From assembly GCA_046757025.1 (NCBI GenBank), contig JBHHXN010000002.1, positions 1-64,000 of the forward strand: a DNA stretch of 64,000 nt, read 5' to 3'. Under the pieces are notes generated by a model. It searched no databases and was not told the DNA's origin. It saw only the letters and a list, made by a program, of their open reading frames with translations. The stretch's first letter is position 1. Each line of letters starts with the position of its first letter. Source of the stretch: a bacterium. Lineage in GTDB: Bacteria > Zhuqueibacterota > Zhuqueibacteria > Oceanimicrobiales > Oceanimicrobiaceae. Shown one piece after another: positions 21,459 through 30,031 of the stretch. A program made the position numbers and the translations under genes.

Positions 21459-24320
21459 ATGAGAAAAAAAGATGTTGGGGTTGCCATACTCGTTTTAATA
21501 GCTGTTTCAGCCGGGATATGGTATGCTTATTCTCTCACTGGTATTTATGGTGTGGTCAGCATCTCAACAAAAAACCAGCATCCTGAAATAAGTCCTGTAG
21601 GTGCGATCATTGAAATATGGCAAAAGAATAAACTGATTTCAACCAACCGCGTTACTGCGGTAGGAAAATTTGAAATCAAATTGCCGCCGGGTTCGTATGA
21701 TGTTCTTTTTAGCGCAGAGGGATTCATCTCGGGAGAATTTCCACAACTCAAGATCGCACCATTCAAACGCCTGACGCGCAACGTAGTGCTGTTGCCGCCG
21801 ATGGGCGGCGGTCTGCAAGTCGCTAGCTACACAGTGGACACCACCACGGTCATCGTCAGAAAGGGTCGAGAAGATATCTGGCTGCAATGGAAAAACACCA
21901 GGACCGGTACGCCGCACCGCATGGCGGGCTCCGCCGTGGCTCTGCCTTTCGCACCCCGAACAGAAGCAGAGGCAGAAACTGCCGCGAGAAAATTTATGGC
22001 GACATTTCTGGCTGACAACCGATCGGTATATCCCATTTTTGATCAAATTGATTTGACCACACTCGAAAAAGATTATGTGCGTAAATACAACCAATTCTGG
22101 TTTGTTACTTTTAATCAAGAAACAGCGGGCCCCGTGGCAAATCAGAAACTGCCTGTTTTTGGCAGTGAGGCCAGCGTCACCATACACGGCGGAGATATCA
22201 TTCAATTTGGAATAGAACTGTTTCCATCGATTAAAATAAATCCCCCTGTAAGCTTTTTGTCCCGCTCCCAAGTACTGGAGACTTTTCGACAATACAAGCC
22301 GGAGGTTCAGGTGGACACCGCCAAAGTACAATTGCTGATTTTTCCCATCCCCAAATCAACGGACTCGACTTTTTTTGATTACAAATTAGCATACGAGCTG
22401 CTAACCTTTGAAAACGCTTCAAATCGAGACCTGCCGTATGAAAGCCGGAAATACGTCATCAACGCCAGCACCGCCCGCACTCTTTTTCGAGAAACCATCG
22501 GTCCCGTGTCTGGCACCGGCTATGTTAGGGCGAAAATTTATGATAAGTCGCCAGAAGAAAGTACTCCAACCTTAAAAGTGTTGGGAGGAGGATTAATTGG
22601 CAACACCAATTTTGGAATGATCGATATAGACTCCAGTGGTATTTTTCTTTTTCCTGACGGTCTTTCAGTAAAAGACTTTAATATTTTGCTTAAAAACGAT
22701 CCGTTCACTTTGTATGATTCAAATCCGATGCTCTTAAAAGACAAACAATTGGGCAGACAACCGATTTATAAAATATACCAGATGCCTCTGACCGCAAACC
22801 AAATCAAACTAACGGAAAATTCAGACGGCCGTGTGGAAGTCAATCTGGGATTAAATCCGTGGACCAACGCCTTTTATCATCTCAACAAAATCCACGATTA
22901 TTTTTACAAATGGCAATTACCGAATTTTCTATTCAAACCGCTCAAAGTTTATTTCGTGCCCTCAGAAGAAAACGCTTTTTTTGATAGAGCCTTAGCGCAA
23001 ATCTGGTTTGGCCAAATTAAAGCCAACAATGAGCCGTTCGCCATGCGCAGCGATATGATCTACCACGAGTATGCGCACGCAGTAGTGCAAAATTTAACCA
23101 GCAAAAACACACCCGCGCCGCAATCGCTGCCACCTAAAGATGAAACGGGGGCCATGTTAGAAGGATTTTCCGATTATTTCGCGTGCACGATTAACGATGA
23201 TGCCGAATGGCGGGCCTTTCCGCCAACGCATCCCCGGGCCGCCGAAAACCGCCGGCTTCAAAACGCGTTTCAGTATCACACTGACTTCAAAAGAGGAGCT
23301 GCCGACAACGGATTCATCCATTTTAACAGCCAGATATTTTCCGGCATTTTGTGGGACCTGCGTTCGTTGTTGATGCAAAAAATGGGAGCAATAAAAGGCA
23401 AACGCTATGCGGATGAAGTCATCGTCAAAGCTCTACTGATTCCGCCAGTTCCTAAAAAATTCAAGGCTTTTGGCGTCACTTTACTCAACGCCGACGACGA
23501 TGACAACCAGCTCTTCAACGGCACCCCGAATATTCAGGAAATCGTAAAAGCGTTTAAACTACATGGAATCGAGATCCCGGCATTTGATAAAAGCGCTCCC
23601 AAAGTGCAGAATTTTTATTTAACCACCGGCGGTTACTCGCGCAAGAGCTTTATTGAAGAGGGCAGTCCCGTTTACATCAAAGCCACCATGGTGGATAATG
23701 GTTACGGATTGAACACAGACTCTTTGAAACTTGAAATCAATGGCAAAAGAGTGCCCCTCGAAGATAAGTTGACCATGACCAGAGATAGTTACCGCGCACA
23801 GTTAAATTATTTAGTTGCGAAAGGCGAACCGGTTCGAAGCCAGGAATTCGGGCCATCGCTGGCGGCCAGACTCGTGGTGGAAGACAAAGCCGGCAACAAA
23901 ATTACCGTTGAAAAAAACAAAGACATAAAAGATACCATCAAGCCCGATTACGAATTAGTTGAATGCAGCAGCGATGCCCGGTTTCTTTATGCTTCAATCC
24001 GAATCAGCGATTTGGGCTCCGGTGTGGACCCCGCCAGCATCGATGTACGCATAAACAATCAAGCCTTTTCCAAATTCAAGGTCAAAAAGGTCAGTGAATA
24101 CGAGTACATTTTGAGTATTCAGTATCCCAAACAACAACTGCAGCAGATTTCACACCACATCTCCGCCAAAATCGCGGATCGGGCAGGTAACGTGAATTCT
24201 GAACAACGCAAGCTGACCTCGTTGTGCCTGACCCCCTGTCTGTTTTCCAGTGTCGTAGTTTTGATAGCGGCCGGTATGAACGGAAGACGCCGCCGAAATC
24301 GAAGAAATCAATTGAGCTGA
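21459..24320 (+). CDS. Large M4/M36-like zinc metalloprotease with C-terminal Cys/TM/Arg tail
   Basis: 'NAFF', 'YHEYAH', 'GAMLEGFSDYFA', 'HFNSQIFSGILWDLR'; Ig-like 'D.AGN' repeats; N-terminal TM; GGGAGG RBS. Confidence 0.85.
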   Translation: MRKKDVGVAILVLIAVSAGIWYAYSLTGIYGVVSISTKNQHPEISPVGAIIEIWQKNKLISTNRVTAVGKFEIKLPPGSYDVLFSAEGFISGEFPQLKIAPFKRLTRNVVLLPPMGGGLQVASYTVDTTTVIVRKGREDIWLQWKNTRTGTPHRMAGSAVALPFAPRTEAEAETAARKFMATFLADNRSVYPIFDQIDLTTLEKDYVRKYNQFWFVTFNQETAGPVANQKLPVFGSEASVTIHGGDIIQFGIELFPSIKINPPVSFLSRSQVLETFRQYKPEVQVDTAKVQLLIFPIPKSTDSTFFDYKLAYELLTFENASNRDLPYESRKYVINASTARTLFRETIGPVSGTGYVRAKIYDKSPEESTPTLKVLGGGLIGNTNFGMIDIDSSGIFLFPDGLSVKDFNILLKNDPFTLYDSNPMLLKDKQLGRQPIYKIYQMPLTANQIKLTENSDGRVEVNLGLNPWTNAFYHLNKIHDYFYKWQLPNFLFKPLKVYFVPSEENAFFDRALAQIWFGQIKANNEPFAMRSDMIYHEYAHAVVQNLTSKNTPAPQSLPPKDETGAMLEGFSDYFACTINDDAEWRAFPPTHPRAAENRRLQNAFQYHTDFKRGAADNGFIHFNSQIFSGILWDLRSLLMQKMGAIKGKRYADEVIVKALLIPPVPKKFKAFGVTLLNADDDDNQLFNGTPNIQEIVKAFKLHGIEIPAFDKSAPKVQNFYLTTGGYSRKSFIEEGSPVYIKATMVDNGYGLNTDSLKLEINGKRVPLEDKLTMTRDSYRAQLNYLVAKGEPVRSQEFGPSLAARLVVEDKAGNKITVEKNKDIKDTIKPDYELVECSSDARFLYASIRISDLGSGVDPASIDVRINNQAFSKFKVKKVSEYEYILSIQYPKQQLQQISHHISAKIADRAGNVNSEQRKLTSLCLTPCLFSSVVVLIAAGMNGRRRRNRRNQLS

Positions 24321-24330
24321 GGGAAAAATC

Positions 24331-24699
24331 ATGGCGTTTTGGGGAGAATGGTACCAATCTATCTTTACACTTTGCAGCTTCATTTGCCACCAGATACCGC
24401 TCAAAAGTTTTTTTATCTTTGGCTGGCAATTGCCTTTGTGTGCCCGCTGCACCGGATTGTTGGTTGGCAGTCTAATTTTTTTGATAACCGGCTCAAAATC
24501 TTATCGATTGTCCGTGCCCGCAGCCATCCTCCTGACTCTGCCCATGCTTCTCGATGTCGGTACGCAAATGATCAATTTGTGGCAGGGCCATAATTTCGTT
24601 AGATTGGCAACCGGTTTGGGCTTTGGCGCGGCTTTTCCTTCTATATTATGGATATTTTTCATCACAAAAATCAGAACTTCTTTGAATCTGACTCGTTAG
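24331..24699 (+). CDS. DUF2085-family small membrane protein
   Basis: 'ICHQ.P..SF...G.QLPLCARCTG', 'D..TQ', 'N.VRLATG'. Confidence 0.8.
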   Translation: MAFWGEWYQSIFTLCSFICHQIPLKSFFIFGWQLPLCARCTGLLVGSLIFLITGSKSYRLSVPAAILLTLPMLLDVGTQMINLWQGHNFVRLATGLGFGAAFPSILWIFFITKIRTSLNLTR

Positions 24700-24755
24700 A
24701 ATGGTTATCATAAAATTCAAATTGCGAATCATCCCATCAATGAGAAAAGCTCACC

Positions 24756-25904
24756 ATGAAAAATAAATATATCATCCTCGGCGCCGGTTTGCAGGGTGTG
24801 GCGGCCGCGTATGATTTTGGCCGTTTTGGAGAAGCGGAACAAATCATGCTGGCTGATGCCGATTTAAAAGCTTCGGAGACAGCGGCTGCGCACGTGAATC
24901 GACTGTTAGATTCAAACATAACCGCTCACACACAATTGGATGTCGCAGAAGTGGACAAAGTTAGACGCCTGCTTAAAGAATACGACGTTTGTTTAAGCGC
25001 AGTGCCTTACTACTTCAACGAAACCCTCACGCAGTGTGCCATTCAGGCAGGCTGCCACTTTTGTGACCTGGGGGGAAACACGGAGGTGGTTTTCAAACAG
25101 CACGAGTTACACCCGGCAGCCCAAAAGGCTGGCATCACCGTGGCGCCCGATTGCGGTCTGGCGCCGGGGATGGCAAACATTCTGGCGGCTTACGGAATCC
25201 ATCATCTCGAACGGCCCAGAAGCGTGCAAATACATGTCGGAGGGCTACCGCAGAACCCAAAACCGCCGCTGGATTACGCGCTGTCATTCAGCATCGTCGG
25301 CTTGACCAACGAATATTTCGGTCGGGCGCCGATTTTACGAAACGGCAAAGTCACACTAGTTGATACGTTCACGGAATTGGAGGAAATCGAATTCCCGGCG
25401 CCCGTGGGAAAGTGCGAATCCTTTATCACCCACGGCGGGACCTCCACCTGTCCCTGGACTTTCGAGGGCAAGCTGGAAACCTACACCGAAAAAACCGTCC
25501 GCTATCCAGGCCATTATGAAAAGATGAAGACCATTTACGACCTGGGTCTGCTTGATGAACAGCCGGTGCAAGTCGGCGAATCCAGCGTTATTCCACGGCA
25601 GGTGTTTCATGCCGTTGCAGAACCCAGATTGACATCAGATGACCCCAGAGATGTGGTGGTACTGCGCGTGATCGTTGAGGGCGATGACGGCAAAATGGTT
25701 TTGGAGCTCATGGATTTCTATGATGAAACCACCGGTTTCACGGCCATGCAGCGCACGACCGGATTCGGCGCCACCATCGTGGGCATCCTGATGGCGCGGG
25801 GAGAAACTCCTGCCGGCAGCATTCGCATTGAGCGCGCCATCGAGGCCAGCCATTATGTAAGGGAGCTCAAATACCGGGGATTTAATTTGAATATTTCACA
25901 TTAA
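24756..25904 (+). CDS. Saccharopine dehydrogenase family / lysine 6-dehydrogenase-like oxidoreductase
   Basis: 'ILGAGLQG', 'DLGGN', 'DCGLAPG', 'VGGLP', 'KTVRYPGH', 'TAMQRTTGF'. Confidence 0.88.
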   Translation: MKNKYIILGAGLQGVAAAYDFGRFGEAEQIMLADADLKASETAAAHVNRLLDSNITAHTQLDVAEVDKVRRLLKEYDVCLSAVPYYFNETLTQCAIQAGCHFCDLGGNTEVVFKQHELHPAAQKAGITVAPDCGLAPGMANILAAYGIHHLERPRSVQIHVGGLPQNPKPPLDYALSFSIVGLTNEYFGRAPILRNGKVTLVDTFTELEEIEFPAPVGKCESFITHGGTSTCPWTFEGKLETYTEKTVRYPGHYEKMKTIYDLGLLDEQPVQVGESSVIPRQVFHAVAEPRLTSDDPRDVVVLRVIVEGDDGKMVLELMDFYDETTGFTAMQRTTGFGATIVGILMARGETPAGSIRIERAIEASHYVRELKYRGFNLNISH

Positions 25905-26001
25905 AAATGGCATCTTGAAAATTATAATTGCTTATTTAAAATAAATTGTTAGTTTAGAAAACTAAGAAAATAATCAAATTTAACTTTAAGGAGAATTCTT
26001 T

Positions 26002-26040
26002 ATGCTTACCCCCAACCCGGATGTCATTGTAGACGAGTAA
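26002..26040 (+). other. Candidate 12-aa leader peptide (uORF) MLTPNPDVIVDE
   Basis: TAAGGAG (25987-25993) lies 8 nt before ATG 26002; stop TAA 26038-26040; about 280 nt upstream of the first MATE gene. Confidence 0.4.
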
Positions 26041-26322
26041 GGAGAGATCATCCGCTTCAGGATCCTGTTTAAAATTAGTTGAAACTCTCAAAATCGATGA
26101 AGTTCAAAACCATTCCGATTTCATAGCTCACTAATTTTAATTCCACCGCTCTAATTCTTTTCTCTGTGGTTTAATCACACAAATCAAGCCAGAGCGACTG
26201 GCGTATCATCTTTCCTTTCTTTTCCAGATTCACAAAAATTTCTATCAATTAATATTCAAAACACGCAGATTATTTTTCTAATCGGTGTGGTATTCGTATT
26301 CATTTAATCATCCCAAAGTATC

Positions 26323-27777
26323 ATGAAAAAGATTACTAAAAATGAAGACGCCACTCTGGTAATCAGCTTAAATTCAAACTCAACAAGTAAAATGGCCTCT
26401 CTCTGGAAAGATCTACGCGAAGCTGTAGTAGGAACACAGCAAGATTTTACTGAAGGCAGTATCGGTCGGGCCATTTTTCTGCTCTCCATTCCGATGGTGC
26501 TGGAAATGGTCATGGAGTCGATCTTTGCCGTGGTGGATATCTTTTTTGTCTCCAGACTGGGTTCAGATGCCGTAGCCACCGTAGGCATCACCGAATCCAT
26601 GTTGACCATCGTTTACGCTATTGCCGTAGGACTGGCCATGGCCACCACGGCCACGGTCTCTCGTCGAATTGGTGAAAAAAACACCGAGGCCGCCGCCGTG
26701 GCGGCGGTTCAAGCCATTGCGGTGGGCTTTGTCATTGCCATTCCGATTTCAGCGCTTGGTATTTTTGGCAGCCAGAGACTTCTGCAGTTGATGGGAGCGG
26801 CTCAAATAATCGTGGAATCCGGATACTTGTATCCGACGATTCTCATCGGCGGTAACGTCATTATCATGCTGCTGTTTATCATCAATGCGGTTTTTCGGGG
26901 AGCCGGTGACGCCGCGATTTCCATGCGCATTTTGTGGATCGCCAATTTAATCAACATCGTCCTGGATCCCTGCCTGATCTTCGGCTGGGGCCCGTTTCCG
27001 GAGCTGGGGGTCACCGGAGCGGCTGTAGCTACCACCATTGGCCGCGGCACGGGCGTCGTGGTACAGTTGCTTTATCTGGTTCGGAGCAAAAGCCGGGTGC
27101 AAGTTTGCTTTCATCAAATAAAACTCAATTTAAAGGTCATGGGACGATTAATGCGACTGTCGCTGGGAGGTATCGGTCAGTTTTTGATCGCCACCTCAAG
27201 CTGGATCGGCCTGGTGCGCATCATGGCGGTTTTTGGCAGCGAAGCCCTGGCCGGTTACACCATCGCCGTGCGGATCATTATTTTTTCCATCCTGCCATCC
27301 TGGGGGATGAGTAACGCCGCGGCGACTATGGTGGGACAAAATCTCGGCGCTCAAAAACCGGACCGGGCTGAACGCTCGGTGTGGTTGTCCGCCATCATCA
27401 ACATGTTTTTTCTCGGAGCCATCGCAGTCATTTTTATTTCGTTCTCCGAATTCCTGGTGCGCCTGTTCACCAGCGAGCCCAAAGTGGTGAGCATCGGCTC
27501 GGATTGTTTGCGGTATATCAGCTACGGCTACTTGTTTTATGCCTATGGCATGGTCATGACTCAGGCGTTTAACGGCGCCGGCGATACCGCCACCCCCACG
27601 GTGATCAATTTCTTTTGCTTCTGGCTGCTGGAAATTCCCGTTGCTTATTTGATGGCGTTATCTTTCGGGTTTGCGGAAAAAGGGGTTTTTCTGGCGATTA
27701 TTTTAGCCGAGTCCATGATCGGCATTGTGGGCATCATTCTTTTTCGTCGCGGCCGTTGGAAAGAACAAAAAGTTTGA
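26323..27777 (+). CDS. MATE-family efflux transporter
   Basis: 'IFLLSIPMVLEM..DIFFVSRLG', 'FRGAGD', 'NIVLDP.LIFG', 'GQNLGA'. Confidence 0.95.
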   Translation: MKKITKNEDATLVISLNSNSTSKMASLWKDLREAVVGTQQDFTEGSIGRAIFLLSIPMVLEMVMESIFAVVDIFFVSRLGSDAVATVGITESMLTIVYAIAVGLAMATTATVSRRIGEKNTEAAAVAAVQAIAVGFVIAIPISALGIFGSQRLLQLMGAAQIIVESGYLYPTILIGGNVIIMLLFIINAVFRGAGDAAISMRILWIANLINIVLDPCLIFGWGPFPELGVTGAAVATTIGRGTGVVVQLLYLVRSKSRVQVCFHQIKLNLKVMGRLMRLSLGGIGQFLIATSSWIGLVRIMAVFGSEALAGYTIAVRIIIFSILPSWGMSNAAATMVGQNLGAQKPDRAERSVWLSAIINMFFLGAIAVIFISFSEFLVRLFTSEPKVVSIGSDCLRYISYGYLFYAYGMVMTQAFNGAGDTATPTVINFFCFWLLEIPVAYLMALSFGFAEKGVFLAIILAESMIGIVGIILFRRGRWKEQKV

Positions 27778-27800
27778 TTATATTATCCCTTTCAAATTCA

Positions 27801-27890
27801 ATCAGCCGGAGCATCGAATCAATTCACAAGTGCTAACAGAATTTTCTGTGTGGAGATTTATCTGAATTGATTTCGACGTTCTGGTGTGAT
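27801..27890. repeat. Long imperfect inverted repeat (possible terminator or element remnant)
   Basis: Arms CCGGAGCATCGAATCAATTCA and TGAATTGATTTCGACGTTCTGG, followed by a T run. Confidence 0.5.
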
Positions 27891-27910
27891 TTTTTATTGG
27901 TTTCTTTAAT

Positions 27911-28069
27911 TTGTGTCGAACGAAAACCAACCGATCTTCCCGAAAGCCTCCAGGACGAGGGTGACTTCCTGCCTGGCTCAGCGGGGCCGGTCCTGAGCTT
28001 TGTCATAGGGACGCTTTCGTGAAAAGGAGTTTAAATTGCACATCTATCGAGTTTTCTTACAAACAATAA
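27911..28069 (+). repeat. Structured TIR element family, copy B (with nested insert)
   Basis: GTGTCGAACGAAAAC..CCCGAAAGCCTCCAGGACGAGGGTGACTTCCTGCCTGGCTCAGCGGGG plus insert GTCCTGAGCTTTGTCATAGGGAC. Confidence 0.85.
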
Positions 28070-28097
28070 ATAGACAGCCGTAGTCTTATCACTTTAA

Positions 28098-29519
28098 ATG
28101 AAAAAGATGACCGAATTTTCAGCACATTTGCCTAAAATTATTAAAGAGGCTAAGACCACCGTCAAAGTCGGCGCGCCGGTGGTGGCGGCACAAATCGTGC
28201 AGATGTCCATGGCCTTCACTGATACGCTCATGGCTGGAAACTTGAGCGCAAAAGCACTGGCAGCGGTAGCAGTGGGTACCAGTCTCTTTGGCCCTGTTTT
28301 CTTTTTTATTGTAGGTGTTCTGCTGGCCGTCAATCCCATCGTAGCCCAACTGTTTGGCGCGGGTAAAATGGAGCAGATCGGCAGAAATATCTGGCAGGCT
28401 TTGTGGCTGAGCCAAATTCTGGCCGTTCCTTGTTTTTTCATCTTGAGAAATATGAATATTGTGATGGACTTTTTTCACATCAAATCCGAAATCATTCCCA
28501 TCACGCAAGGTTATCTGGATGCTTTTTCCTGGGGTGTACCCGCGGCATTTGCCTACTTTGCCCTGCGTTTTGTCAACGAAGGCATTTCGGTCACCAAGCC
28601 CAGTATGTACTTCGCGCTGCTGGGACTGCTTTTGAATGTGCTGGGCAATTACGTCTTTATGTACGGGAAATTGGGTGTTCCCGCGCTGGGGGCCGTGGGT
28701 ACCGGCTGGGCCACCACGCTAGTCTGGTGGACCATTCTGGCGGCCATAGTACGTTTCACCTTTCGCAAACAGAACAATCGCTTGTTCAGCATCGTCAAAG
28801 GGTTGAATTATCCTGTTTGGGCAAATCAAAATGAGATTCTGAAAATCGGTTTACCCAACGGTTTCAGCATTGGAATCGAAGTGACCATGTTTGCGACAGT
28901 GGCCCTCATCATGGGATCTTTGGGCGTGAAGATCATTGCAGGCCATCAAATCGCCATCAATTTTGCGGCTTTTACATTCATGATTCCGCTGGGGCTTTCC
29001 TTCGCCACCACCGCCAGAGTGGGGTTTGCCGTTGGCGCCGAAGAATTTGCTCGCGCCCGTTTCATCGGTTATATCGGCATTGCCGTGTCGGTGCTGGTGA
29101 TGAGTTTGACCGCAATTCTCATGTTTACGGTGCCGCGATTAATTGTTCGGATTTATACTCAGGACCTGGAGGTCACCGAAATTGCGGTGAAATTGCTCTA
29201 TTTAGCCGCCATCTTTCAAATTTCCGACGGCCTGCAGGTCAGCAGTCTGGGTGCTCTCCGCGGCCTGAAAGACACCAAAATTCCCATGTTCGTAAACATC
29301 GTCGCCTACTGGGTAGTAGGGTTACCTTTTGGTTATTATTTGGGAATTCATTTCGATTACGGAGCGCAAGGTCTCTGGATTGGGCTCATCGCCGGTTTAA
29401 GCGTCGCGGCGATATTGCACAACTGGCGATTTTACTACCTGACCAACCACCGCGCCCGGTGGAATGTCTTATACGGCGAAATCGCAACAAAAAAGCAAAA
29501 TGATTTTAACTTAAATTGA
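28098..29519 (+). CDS. MATE-family efflux transporter (NorM-like)
   Basis: 'DTLMAG', 'NYVFMYGKLG.PALG..G', 'IEVTMF', 'HQIA', 'FQISDGLQV..GALRG.KDT'. Confidence 0.93.
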   Translation: MKKMTEFSAHLPKIIKEAKTTVKVGAPVVAAQIVQMSMAFTDTLMAGNLSAKALAAVAVGTSLFGPVFFFIVGVLLAVNPIVAQLFGAGKMEQIGRNIWQALWLSQILAVPCFFILRNMNIVMDFFHIKSEIIPITQGYLDAFSWGVPAAFAYFALRFVNEGISVTKPSMYFALLGLLLNVLGNYVFMYGKLGVPALGAVGTGWATTLVWWTILAAIVRFTFRKQNNRLFSIVKGLNYPVWANQNEILKIGLPNGFSIGIEVTMFATVALIMGSLGVKIIAGHQIAINFAAFTFMIPLGLSFATTARVGFAVGAEEFARARFIGYIGIAVSVLVMSLTAILMFTVPRLIVRIYTQDLEVTEIAVKLLYLAAIFQISDGLQVSSLGALRGLKDTKIPMFVNIVAYWVVGLPFGYYLGIHFDYGAQGLWIGLIAGLSVAAILHNWRFYYLTNHRARWNVLYGEIATKKQNDFNLN

Positions 29520-29566
29520 ACGATTCTCTATTCGCCGTTGGCTGTTAGCTAATAAAGGACAATTCG

Positions 29567-29702
29567 CTAGCGATTGAACGAAAAACACCTGATCTGCCCG
29601 AAAGCCTCCTGGCCGAGGGTGAATTCCTGTCTCGCTCGGCGGGGAGGCCTTCGCGAAGAGGTTTTAAATCGCGCATTTCTAGTATTTTCGGTCAGACATT
29701 AG
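29567..29702 (+). repeat. Structured TIR element family, copy C (no insert)
   Basis: CTAGCGATTGAACGAAAA..CCCGAAAGCCTCCTGGCCGAGGGTGAATTCCTGTCTCGCTCGGCGGGG..TTTTCGGTCAGACATTAG. Confidence 0.85.
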
Positions 29703-29724
29703 CTAAATTGGTTTTTGTAAGGCA

Positions 29725-29904
29725 CCTGCCTGTGCGTGCACGAAGACAGGCCTACTGGGTAAAATGAGAGTCTCAATGTAAGTACCAAAAATAAATTTCA
29801 AAAGCCAATCGCTGATTTTGGGCGTCAAAAAGAGATCACGCCAAGCGGCAATGGTTGTCAACATATTTGTTCTTTTCTTTGCGAGCTCAGCGGCTTTGCG
29901 TGAT
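29725..29904. repeat. Further REP-like palindromic units
   Basis: CCTGCCTGTGCGTGCACGAAGACAGG (29725-29750); inverted pair ATCACGCCAAGC (29835-29846) and GCTTTGCGTGAT (29893-29904). Confidence 0.55.
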
Positions 29905-30031
29905 ATTTTGAAAAACTTTGCTAAAAAAACAAAGTTTTTGGCGGGAATAGAATAAATACCCCCAAATCCGATTCACTTTTCGCTTGAAAGATAGAAATTT
30001 TAATTTTATTATTAACACAAATTCATAACAA

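Noticed and set aside
21038..29702. Repeat copies as a CRISPR array or integron attC sites
   Set aside because: The copies are kilobases apart, in both orientations across the window, with no spacer periodicity and no cas or intI gene.
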